Of a DNA stretch of 18,887 nucleotides, positions 8,410 to 16,525 are shown piece after piece. The notes beneath the pieces were generated by a model. That model had not been told where the DNA came from and did no database searches. It saw only the letters and a list, made by a program, of their open reading frames with translations. Origin of the DNA: Candidatus Hodarchaeota archaeon (GTDB lineage: Archaea > Asgardarchaeota > Heimdallarchaeia > Hodarchaeales > Hodarchaeaceae); the NCBI GenBank assembly GCA_016840035.1, contig JAEOTC010000234.1:1-18887 (forward strand), in the 5' to 3' direction. The translations under genes and the position numbers were made by a program. Position 1 is the first letter of the stretch. Each line of letters starts with the position of its first letter.

Positions 8410-9116
8410 AATCGCAAAAAAAATATGCAGTGAGTGTTCGGAATTTAAGTTATAGATATTTGAAAAACCAACCTGAGGTTTTAAGAAACATTTCTATTAA
8501 TTTTCCTCTTCATAAAATTACAGCCATTGTTGGTCCGAATGGATCGGGAAAAACCACTTTATTAAAGCATTTCAATGGTCTTTTTATGGCTCAAAATGGT
8601 GAAGTATTCGTAAATGGCCAGATTGTAAATAAAAAAACTCGTACAACCGTTCAAAAACAAATTGGTATTGTTTTTCAAAATCCAGATGAACAGATATTTT
8701 ATCCTAAGGTCTATGATGATGTAGCATTTGGCCCGAGGAACATGAAGTTAAGTATAGCTGAAATTCAGGAAAGAGTTGCTCAAGCTGGAAAATTAGCACA
8801 GATATCACATTTAATGGATCGAATCACTTTCAATTTGTCCTTTGGAGAAAAAAAGAAAGTAGCTATAGCCGGTATCTTAGCAATGCAGCCTGAAATTCTT
8901 GTATTAGATGAACCTACAATAGGTATTGATCCATGGTCGAAGGGTCATTTCATTTCCCTCATCAATTCTTTTAGTCCAGAAAAGACAGTAATAGTAATAA
9001 CTCATGATTTTGAAATAATGAAATCTGTTGATAATATTATCCTTTTAAAAAATGGAGAAGTTGAAGGAGAATATATTGATTTTAATTCCTTTTATCAAGA
9101 AGAATTTGTAAGTTAA
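8406..9116 (+). CDS. cbiO: ECF transporter ATPase CbiO/NikO
   Basis: GPNGSGKT Walker A, FQNPDEQ, LSFGEKK signature, LDEPT, THD. Confidence 0.95.
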   Translation: MKSQKKYAVSVRNLSYRYLKNQPEVLRNISINFPLHKITAIVGPNGSGKTTLLKHFNGLFMAQNGEVFVNGQIVNKKTRTTVQKQIGIVFQNPDEQIFYPKVYDDVAFGPRNMKLSIAEIQERVAQAGKLAQISHLMDRITFNLSFGEKKKVAIAGILAMQPEILVLDEPTIGIDPWSKGHFISLINSFSPEKTVIVITHDFEIMKSVDNIILLKNGEVEGEYIDFNSFYQEEFVS

Positions 9117-9125
9117 GGTGATTCA

Positions 9126-9542
9126 ATGACTTTAAAAGAAATCCGTGAAACTATTACATTTTCTTGTGATCCACGATTTAAGAAAATGCTTTCAACAAAG
9201 AAAAGAGAATTGGGATATCGAACAAATTCCCAGATGATAAGGGATGCACTTATGTTTCTTTTCAATTCAGAAAACATGCTAGAGAAGATTTCTGATACTG
9301 ATATGATCGTGACATTGATTTCATTAGTTTATAATCCTCAAGATTCTAGTACACTTGAAGAATATTTGCGTGTACAACATCAATCTAATGTAACATTCTC
9401 TTCACATTTTCATCTTCCCTCTGGAGACTGCTTTGAAATTTTAATGCTGAATGATAAAGCTAGAAATGTTAAAAACCTAATTCAAAAGTTGCGCGGAGTC
9501 AAAGGTTTGCAGAATATTTCTGTAAAAGTGATTAATATTTAA
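9126..9542 (+). CDS. nikR: NikR-like nickel-responsive regulator
   Basis: N-terminal RHH (ITFS...GYRTNSQMIRDA) and a C-terminal ACT-like domain with QH...HFH....DC Ni ligands. Confidence 0.8.
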   Translation: MTLKEIRETITFSCDPRFKKMLSTKKRELGYRTNSQMIRDALMFLFNSENMLEKISDTDMIVTLISLVYNPQDSSTLEEYLRVQHQSNVTFSSHFHLPSGDCFEILMLNDKARNVKNLIQKLRGVKGLQNISVKVINI

Positions 9543-9624
9543 TTCAGGAGGACGATTTTAGCTACAAATTCATCTACTTAAGTGAAAGAACATTTATGTA
9601 AATAATTCAACAATTCAACCGTTA

Positions 9625-9676
9625 ATATATACCCTAGTATTTATTTTTCTTATCTAAACCAGCCCTTGACAGAGTT
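9625..9676 (+). repeat. Module-boundary repeat R6 (full copy)
   Basis: atatatac ccta gtatttat ttttcttatc taaaccagcc cttgac agagtt. Confidence 0.9.
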
Positions 9677-9809
9677 CCGACATTATGTTGAAGTATAAAC
9701 TTGGACAGAAAACCTAGGGATACAAATATACATTTATACTTGTAGTATTTGATCCTTAAATAGAATTTATGGCTGATATCTGAGGTAGATAGAATAAAAA
9801 GTTGTTACA

Positions 9810-10082
9810 GTGAGAAATATGACAACAGTTCGGTTAAATAAAGATGATGAAGATCTTTTAGAAAGATTAAGAGCTCGTTATATATTAATGGGTAAAAAAA
9901 TGACTAAAAAAGAAATTTTAGGGAATTTGATTAGACAAGAAGCTAAAAAGTTTGAAGACGAAGTACTAAATCATCATCTACCAAGTCTAGAAGATGATTT
10001 TGCTTGGAAACTACTTCAAAAACCAATAAAATGGGGAATTAAAGACACTTCTACCACCGTTGATGAATATCTTTATCATTGA
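9810..10082 (+). CDS. vapB: Putative antitoxin
   Basis: Small protein (MTTVRLNKDD...L..L; ends W G..DTS..VDEYLY) directly upstream of a PIN gene. Start is GTG 9810 or ATG 9819. Confidence 0.7.
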   Translation: MRNMTTVRLNKDDEDLLERLRARYILMGKKMTKKEILGNLIRQEAKKFEDEVLNHHLPSLEDDFAWKLLQKPIKWGIKDTSTTVDEYLYH

Positions 10083-10091
10083 GGTATTTCT

Positions 10092-10502
10092 ATGGTTATT
10101 TTTTTAGACACAGGTTTCATTCTTGCTATACGCAATTCTGATGATAATAATCATATGAAAGCAGCTGAACTTATGAAAGAATGTTTAGCAGGAAAATTTG
10201 GAAGAATCATTGTATCAGATTTTGTATTTGATGAAACTGTAACATTAACATTGGTAAGAACCCATAATAAAAACCTTGTCAAAGATATTGGAGAGTTTAT
10301 TTTCAATTCACCCAGAATCAATTTACTTCATCTAAGTGAAACGGAATTTTTGGCTACTTGGGAATTATTCCTCAAATACTTTGAAAAAGGACTTTCATTT
10401 ACTGATTGTTCCATTCTAGTTATGGCAAAGCTCTTTGAAAGCAATGTGTATATTGCTACATTTGATAGTCACTTTGAAGGCCTCCTTCCTATCATTGAAT
10501 GA
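10092..10502 (+). CDS. vapC: PIN-domain ribonuclease toxin
   Basis: IFLDTGF...D.NH...VFDET...LSFTDC...ATFDSHF. Confidence 0.9.
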   Translation: MVIFLDTGFILAIRNSDDNNHMKAAELMKECLAGKFGRIIVSDFVFDETVTLTLVRTHNKNLVKDIGEFIFNSPRINLLHLSETEFLATWELFLKYFEKGLSFTDCSILVMAKLFESNVYIATFDSHFEGLLPIIE

Positions 10503-10505
10503 TTC

Positions 10506-10556
10506 TTATAATCCTAAGTATATACTTTGTTATCTAAACCAGCCTTTTACGAAGTT
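10506..10556 (+). repeat. Module-boundary repeat R7
   Basis: (ttataatc ctaa) gtatatac tttgttatc taaaccagcc ttttac gaagtt, starting a few bp after the vapC stop. Confidence 0.85.
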
Positions 10557-10619
10557 GTAACTTCTTCTCAATTTCTCTTTTAAGGTAAGGACTGGAAAAA
10601 GCGCTATTGTTAATTTTGT

Positions 10620-10715
10620 TCCATTAGATTTCAAAATTGGGTTACATTCCATAAATGACCTCTTGGCTACAGCATCGAAAAGAAATTTTTCTTTCTTAAG
10701 CGTGAAATCACGATA
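10620..10715 (-). pseudogene. Fragment of an MDR/NAD(P)-dependent alcohol dehydrogenase-like gene
   Basis: Manual translation YRDFTLKKEKFLFDAVAKRSFMECNPILKSNG resembles the MDR C-terminal pattern DFT....YD.IFDAVGK.SF..C...LK.NG. No upstream part of the gene is present. Confidence 0.4.
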
Positions 10716-10892
10716 GAAACCATAAATAAAGAGTTAATTTTTTGTCTATTCCGAAGAAAGAAGAAAAAAGCACCATCCGGATGTTAAAAAGTACAAAAAA
10801 AAGTAATTATTAGAGTAGTAACAAATTCTAGAATATTTATACAAACCAAAAGGTTTATAATTACCAAGTGGTTAGTACAAAAATGATGAAAA

Positions 10893-11981
10893 ATGCCACG
10901 AGGAGAAAAAAACAAGTTAAATCCTAGTGATATAGAAGGTATACTTGAATTACGGGGAAAAAAGTCAGGATACTCTGTTGCTGAGGATTTTAATGTTTCT
11001 CCAACAATGATCTACAAGATATGGAATAATCCACATCTTTACATCCGATTAGATCCCTCGATAGACGAATTAATTTTGAAGAAGATTCTCAGCAGAGTCA
11101 GTCCATTGGATCTACGATCTCTTGTTACATTTTCTAGACCAGTAGAAAAATGGGAAATTAATTACAGGGATGTTAATCCCTTTGATTTTACACAACATGA
11201 GAAATTTCGGCTTGATAGCCTGTATAAGAAGACTTATTCAACTCCTTATCGCCAGAATTATAACATTCTAATAATTGGTGATGAAGCAGCGGGGAAACTG
11301 ACATTACTAACAAGATATTTGGATGGATATTTTGATGAAGATATGCCAAAAACGGCAATGCAATTTAGAAAGCATCATACCACATTAAAAGACGTAATAA
11401 ATGAATCAACTATACCAATGGATGAAATTGATGATCATTCATTATGTTTTAATTACTGGAAGATGGGAGGGCTGTCAATGTTTGATGAATTAAGATCAAA
11501 TTATTTAGCAGGTACTCAGGGAATAATTCTAACTTTTACTTTAACTGATGAAAGAGCATTAACAAGTTTTATAGGAGATAAAAGCCATATAATTGGTCGT
11601 TTTTTAAAACAACTAGTAGATTATTTCGATAAAAAAACATTAAGAAATATTCCAGTATTATTAGTAGGAACAAAAGAAGATCTGATAGCTACGGAGGGGA
11701 ACAAAGAAGAAGAATTGATTAAGAAAGCAAATAAAATTGCATCTCAACTTAAAAAAAATGGAATAAACTTAGTAAAGTACTCTAAATCTGAAGAAAATCT
11801 CATAAAAGTTATGGAAGATAAACAACAATCTAATGAAAATGAAAACGTCAGTTATTGGTTACCTATATCTTCAAAAACTGGTAAAAATGTTTTTTTAATG
11901 TTTAAACTAATTGAAATCGCTGTACTCTCTCAATATGAGCATATTAAGAAATTCAAAAAACATAACTTTATAATCCATTAA
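10893..11981 (+). CDS. HTH-fused Ras/Rab-like small GTPase with degenerate G boxes
   Basis: N-terminal HTH-like segment (YSVAEDFNVSPTMIYKIW); ILIIGDEAAGKLT (G1), YWKMGG (G3), LVGTKEDL (G4), ISSKTG.NV..MF (G5). Confidence 0.75.
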   Translation: MPRGEKNKLNPSDIEGILELRGKKSGYSVAEDFNVSPTMIYKIWNNPHLYIRLDPSIDELILKKILSRVSPLDLRSLVTFSRPVEKWEINYRDVNPFDFTQHEKFRLDSLYKKTYSTPYRQNYNILIIGDEAAGKLTLLTRYLDGYFDEDMPKTAMQFRKHHTTLKDVINESTIPMDEIDDHSLCFNYWKMGGLSMFDELRSNYLAGTQGIILTFTLTDERALTSFIGDKSHIIGRFLKQLVDYFDKKTLRNIPVLLVGTKEDLIATEGNKEEELIKKANKIASQLKKNGINLVKYSKSEENLIKVMEDKQQSNENENVSYWLPISSKTGKNVFLMFKLIEIAVLSQYEHIKKFKKHNFIIH

Positions 11982-12002
11982 TGGTTAAAAATTGGTCTCC
12001 GC

Positions 12003-13286
12003 ATGGTGACAACAATGAAAAGAGAATTTCTGATTTTAATAATTATTATATCAATTCTTATGTTTCCTACTTTGACCTTTAACAAAAAACAGAATAGTGG
12101 TTTTCGTGCATTAAATTATCATTCAAATGCAGAAGATATGCACCATAATCCGGTGTTATTTTTACACTGTTGGACTGGAACAAATTACTCCTGGTACCTT
12201 CACAAAAATTTGTTAGAACAAGATGGATGGCCAGCCAGCTATTTGCATGCGTATAATTTTGATGATACAAATAATTGCTCCCTTCAAGCAAGTTTCCATA
12301 AAGCCAACCAAGTAAAAGAATGGGTAGATACTATTCTAAACCAGACTGGAGCTGATAAAATCGACCTTGTAGGCCATTCCTTAGGCGGAATGATAGCTCG
12401 GTATTATATTAAGTTTCTGGGTGGAAATAATATGGTTGATGACTATGTGAGTCTGGGGAGTCCACATCATGGGGAATTGAATACACCCTGTGGAGCAGCT
12501 GGCGTGAATACACTTGCAGTTATGTTAAACGAAGGTGATGCAACCCCTGGAGGCGTTTTAAATGATACAATTGGGGAAAGAGTAGATCCTATACTTGGAT
12601 ATATCTATAACAGCACACACATCCCAGGGACTATTTCATATACCTCTATTTACAGTCTTACTGATGACGTAGTTCCATATATCTCATCAGTCCTAGATGG
12701 AGCAAAGAATATTCCAGTCACAGATGTAACTCATATGGCAATACCGACAGATACGGAAATTTTTGAACTTACAAAACAAGCTATTGATGATCCTCATGAG
12801 CTATCATCTCCTAGCCTCATTACTCCAATCGGTAATGAAATAATCCCGGGAAATGTCAATATTTCTTGGACTACTTCGATTGATACCTGGGGATATGATG
12901 TAACTTATGACGTCTATTATTCCCTAGATCAGGGGGATAATTGGGTCTTATTAATAACAAATACGACTGAAACAAGTTTTATTTGGAATGCAAGTTTGAT
13001 TACGGAAGATTCAAATTTAATTCTGAAAATTCTTGCATTTAGCTCTGGGGATTTGAGTACAGAATTTGTTTCTACAAACTTTATTTTTGTAGGCCAGACG
13101 AGTAGTACTCAAACCACAACAACAGCTTCCTCTTCCAATTTCATTACTACTCCGGTAAGTTCTACACAAACTACTACGACTGAACCAACATTTGGTTGGG
13201 AAGTGCTTTTCTTACCCCTTTCTGTCTCATATCTGATTAGTCTTCGTCGGTTGAAAAGAAGGAAGAATGTTCCCAAGAAAAAGTAG
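12003..13286 (+). CDS. Secreted, cell-anchored alpha/beta-hydrolase (lipase/esterase) with an Ig/FN3-like domain and CTERM-type anchor
   Basis: Signal peptide; PVLFLH; VGHSLGG nucleophile elbow; LGSPHHG; D.VV and VTH; ISW...YDVYYS.D.G.NW beta domain; Ser/Thr-rich linker; hydrophobic helix plus basic tail. Confidence 0.85.
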   Translation: MVTTMKREFLILIIIISILMFPTLTFNKKQNSGFRALNYHSNAEDMHHNPVLFLHCWTGTNYSWYLHKNLLEQDGWPASYLHAYNFDDTNNCSLQASFHKANQVKEWVDTILNQTGADKIDLVGHSLGGMIARYYIKFLGGNNMVDDYVSLGSPHHGELNTPCGAAGVNTLAVMLNEGDATPGGVLNDTIGERVDPILGYIYNSTHIPGTISYTSIYSLTDDVVPYISSVLDGAKNIPVTDVTHMAIPTDTEIFELTKQAIDDPHELSSPSLITPIGNEIIPGNVNISWTTSIDTWGYDVTYDVYYSLDQGDNWVLLITNTTETSFIWNASLITEDSNLILKILAFSSGDLSTEFVSTNFIFVGQTSSTQTTTTASSSNFITTPVSSTQTTTTEPTFGWEVLFLPLSVSYLISLRRLKRRKNVPKKK

Positions 13287-13378
13287 TGCCAAAATTTATT
13301 ATTTTTTAATTTGAATTGGTAAAATGTTAAGATTACTTAAATGAGTTTACAGGAAACTGTAAAAGGAGAAATCTATAA

Positions 13379-13999
13379 ATGACAGAAACGAATTGCAGAA
13401 CTGAAAACTCAGTGTGGAAGTACACATATGTCATCGGTGGAGTTGCCTCTTTAGTAATAGGTGCAATATTCTCTATTGCCCTTATAGAACTTATGACTGG
13501 AACGATTGAGATCTTTCAAAATAATTTTGTGATCAGATTAATCAAACTGCATGCTGAATATAGTGAAAGTTTAGAGGAGTTATTAGGGGTAGTTAACCTT
13601 TTAGATATGAGTATACTAGTTCTTGTTAGTTTAACAGCTCTTGCTTTTTATCCTACTCTCAGAAATGTCAATGGAACTTTAGCTATTATTGCACTATGCC
13701 AACCCTTCCTCGGTATATTACTTTTTCTAATAACTCAAGAGATCGGTCGAACAGTAACATTTTCTACCGCTTTAACAATTTCTGCTATTATATTATGGAA
13801 TGAACGATCCGATAGAGACGCAATTTTGGGAGTTGTCTCAGCAGGGCTTATTTTAATTCCTGACATTAGTTTTATGTTCTTTTATTCAGAGATAATGTCG
13901 ATTATTATGAGTACTGGATATTTACTCTTTATTCCATGGTGGTTTCGGAGCAGTTTGAGACTCTTTCAGCAAGCAAATAATGCACTTTTAAAAAAATGA
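13379..13999 (+). CDS. Hypothetical multi-pass membrane protein
   Basis: 206-aa ORF with about 6 hydrophobic segments and an AGGAG upstream. Confidence 0.65.
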   Translation: MTETNCRTENSVWKYTYVIGGVASLVIGAIFSIALIELMTGTIEIFQNNFVIRLIKLHAEYSESLEELLGVVNLLDMSILVLVSLTALAFYPTLRNVNGTLAIIALCQPFLGILLFLITQEIGRTVTFSTALTISAIILWNERSDRDAILGVVSAGLILIPDISFMFFYSEIMSIIMSTGYLLFIPWWFRSSLRLFQQANNALLKK

Positions 14000-14114
14000 G
14001 ATCACCAGTGATATAACTAGAATAACTCCAGAAAAAACCCCGTTCTCCTTTATTTTTACGCAGATATTATTATTTAAATTTGTGATTTACTCGTAAAATA
14101 ATCGGTGTAAAAAA

Positions 14115-14642
14115 TTGAATAAACACAATATCTCTTTTTCGTTTGTTGAAAAACAAGTTAGGAAGAAAACATTTGGGATTTTAACCACGCTCAACAAAAA
14201 TGGAACACCACATACTACAGGTATTCTTTATGGAGTTTCATCCCCTGCTAAGGAGTTTGTCTTATACAGTTTAACATCGAAGAAATATAAAAAAGTAAGA
14301 AATATCAAACGAAATCCAAATATTTCCTTTCTTATTCCGTTTCCACATTATTACATTAGATTTGCTCCGGCATCCACTGTTACATTCCAAGGAATAATAG
14401 ACTTCATCCCAGTAGATGATCTAGAGTTCCTTGAGATTTTTTCTAAGAAAAGAATACTTAGACTAATAGTAAAACAAATCCAGAAGGGGGATCATGATAA
14501 TATGACTTTCTTGAGGATAAAACCTAATGCGAAGGTACTCTGTCACGGGTTGGGTATTAATGTGTTCAAAATGAGGAAAGGTCATGCACAAGGAGGGTAT
14601 TCGGTCACAATACCTGAAGATCGGATATTCAAGAAGAACTGA
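14115..14642 (+). CDS. Pyridoxamine 5'-phosphate oxidase-like (FMN/F420 split-barrel) protein
   Basis: FGILTT...G.PH...; KKVRNIKRNPNISF motif. Confidence 0.8.
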   Translation: MNKHNISFSFVEKQVRKKTFGILTTLNKNGTPHTTGILYGVSSPAKEFVLYSLTSKKYKKVRNIKRNPNISFLIPFPHYYIRFAPASTVTFQGIIDFIPVDDLEFLEIFSKKRILRLIVKQIQKGDHDNMTFLRIKPNAKVLCHGLGINVFKMRKGHAQGGYSVTIPEDRIFKKN

Positions 14643-14683
14643 ACTTTTTTAGATAACTTCCCTATTCTTTTTCATATTTAAAA

Positions 14684-14714
14684 GTGTATACCACAGTACA
14701 TACGTTTCTAGTCT
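14684..14714 (+). repeat. Module-boundary repeat R8 (left half only, degenerate)
   Basis: (aaa)gtgtatac caca gtacatac gtttctagtct; similarity stops before AAACCAGCC. Confidence 0.55.
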
Positions 14715-14900
14715 GGATTTATGTACGGTATATAAGTACACTTTGTGATGCGATGGGGGTTAGAATTTCGATTTCTTGTTTAGTGTTCTTTTGAATCTCT
14801 TCAATTCTATTGGTTTGTCTCACAATTGTTTCAATATTAGCTGCAGTGAACTAAAATCTCTGAAAACGATAATTCACGGAGAGGAATAAACGAGAGGAAT

Positions 14901-15686
14901 TTATTGCATAATCATCTGGGCTCCAATTGAAGCAAAATCTTCTGAAATTCTAGATACATCCCGACGCAAACCATCAAGGTAGACTTCATTATTCCATTTT
15001 TCAGGAAAAATTTCCAGAAGGTTGGGTTTAATTCTCCTAATACCAGGGATATTCTCTTCATATAAGCTATTTGTAGACTCTAATGCAATTTCATTCACAA
15101 AGATACTATTGAAAAATTCGCAAATAAGAACTCTCATCGGCGCAGGAGAGTAGTAGAATTCTTCATTATTTTCCGCTGCTTTTCTTAACATAACCATTGG
15201 TTCCTTGAGTGGAAAAACGAGTTGTGTCAATATTTTTCCTCGCTCAAAAGCCTGACGACTTTGTCTTGCATAATCTTCTTGTACCTGTAATGTAATAAAA
15301 GAGAACTCTAGGAGATTATCCCCCGAAATCATGAATTCATTGAAAGGAGGAAACACAAATGGTTCGGTATTGAAGTGGTGATTAAGCCATTTTTCTTCTG
15401 GTATGACAAGACCAGTTAAATACCTATTATCTGTAGCTATTCTATTTCCTATGGAAAATTTAGTCCAATATATCCCTATTCCATGAAGTAGGATATATGA
15501 AAGATTATAAAGTATCAAACGTGAAAAATTCACTGGAATAAAAATCACACTGGATGTTTTAATGGATTCAACGTCTTGATTCTTATAAATCCATTTCTTA
15601 TCTCTTGACTTGTCAGGATCAGCAAAAGAAATCCAGTCTGGTATTACAACTAATGATCTTAACAATCCTAAAGGTTGCTTTCTCAT
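14901..15686 (-). CDS. Hypothetical protein
   Basis: 261-aa ORF with no recognised motif. Confidence 0.6.
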   Translation of the reverse strand: MRKQPLGLLRSLVVIPDWISFADPDKSRDKKWIYKNQDVESIKTSSVIFIPVNFSRLILYNLSYILLHGIGIYWTKFSIGNRIATDNRYLTGLVIPEEKWLNHHFNTEPFVFPPFNEFMISGDNLLEFSFITLQVQEDYARQSRQAFERGKILTQLVFPLKEPMVMLRKAAENNEEFYYSPAPMRVLICEFFNSIFVNEIALESTNSLYEENIPGIRRIKPNLLEIFPEKWNNEVYLDGLRRDVSRISEDFASIGAQMIMQ

Positions 15687-15919
15687 TTTAAGTCAACTTC
15701 GTATGAATCTAGTTCAAGAATGTTGCTTCAATTATATAGATTAGCTATGACTGAATTTGTCAGACAACTCTTTGAAAAGAATTCTGGACTGGATAAGTCA
15801 CATATCCACTATCTGGCAGGATCGATCAAGAACATGAGTGTGTGTGTTGCTTTAATCTAAAAAGAATTTAATATTAGAGGTCTGAAACAAAAAAAGAAGA
15901 AGGAGCGATTAAATCACTC

Positions 15920-16312
15920 CTACTGAAATTCTTCAAGATAATAGCTATAACCAAAACCTATGAGAAAACCAATTAGCATAAGTGGCGATGTTATAGCAAA
16001 TAGAGGATATTCAACCTCTCCTAGTAAACTCCAAAATGCCCCGATAATACCGAATATTAACCAGATTATTTCCATCTGGACAATCAATTTTACTTTGTCC
16101 CAACTAGTCGTTAAATAGCCAAGAATTGAGCTGGAACCAATTCCGATAAAAGCTGCTCCTAGAACGCGTACTACATAAAGATCTTGGACTGGCCATTCAA
16201 AAAACTCAAGTAAAGCGTCTGGAACGAAAAAGTAACCTAACCCGAAGGCTATTGCGACAATAAAGTGAACTAAAAACACATATTTAAGAATTTTAGAATA
16301 TTCTTTATCCAA
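15920..16312 (-). CDS. Hypothetical 4-TM membrane protein
   Basis: Four hydrophobic helices; GGAGG upstream on the minus strand. Confidence 0.7.
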   Translation of the reverse strand: MDKEYSKILKYVFLVHFIVAIAFGLGYFFVPDALLEFFEWPVQDLYVVRVLGAAFIGIGSSSILGYLTTSWDKVKLIVQMEIIWLIFGIIGAFWSLLGEVEYPLFAITSPLMLIGFLIGFGYSYYLEEFQ

Positions 16313-16525
16313 TTAATCTACCTCCATAAAAAGTTGTTTTCTGAAATCAAACCTCCTTTTTTGGCCTATTCACCTATAAATAGTTGACCTAAGTTTCCGT
16401 TTGTACTGGAATTGAGGTGATGTATAGAAAATCAGGAACAATTTTAGTAAAAAACACTAAAATGAGAATTGCCTCAAGGGGTACATATAACTTCAGCCAT
16501 CGATAATACAATAAGTGAACATACT

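Noticed and set aside
9691-9741. Inverted repeat aagtataaa...tttatactt upstream of vapB3
   Set aside because: Only 9 bp and very AT-rich; it cannot be distinguished from chance.
1304-14714. Repeats as a CRISPR array
   Set aside because: Spacing is 0.6-4 kb with whole genes in between, copies are degenerate, and there are no cas genes.
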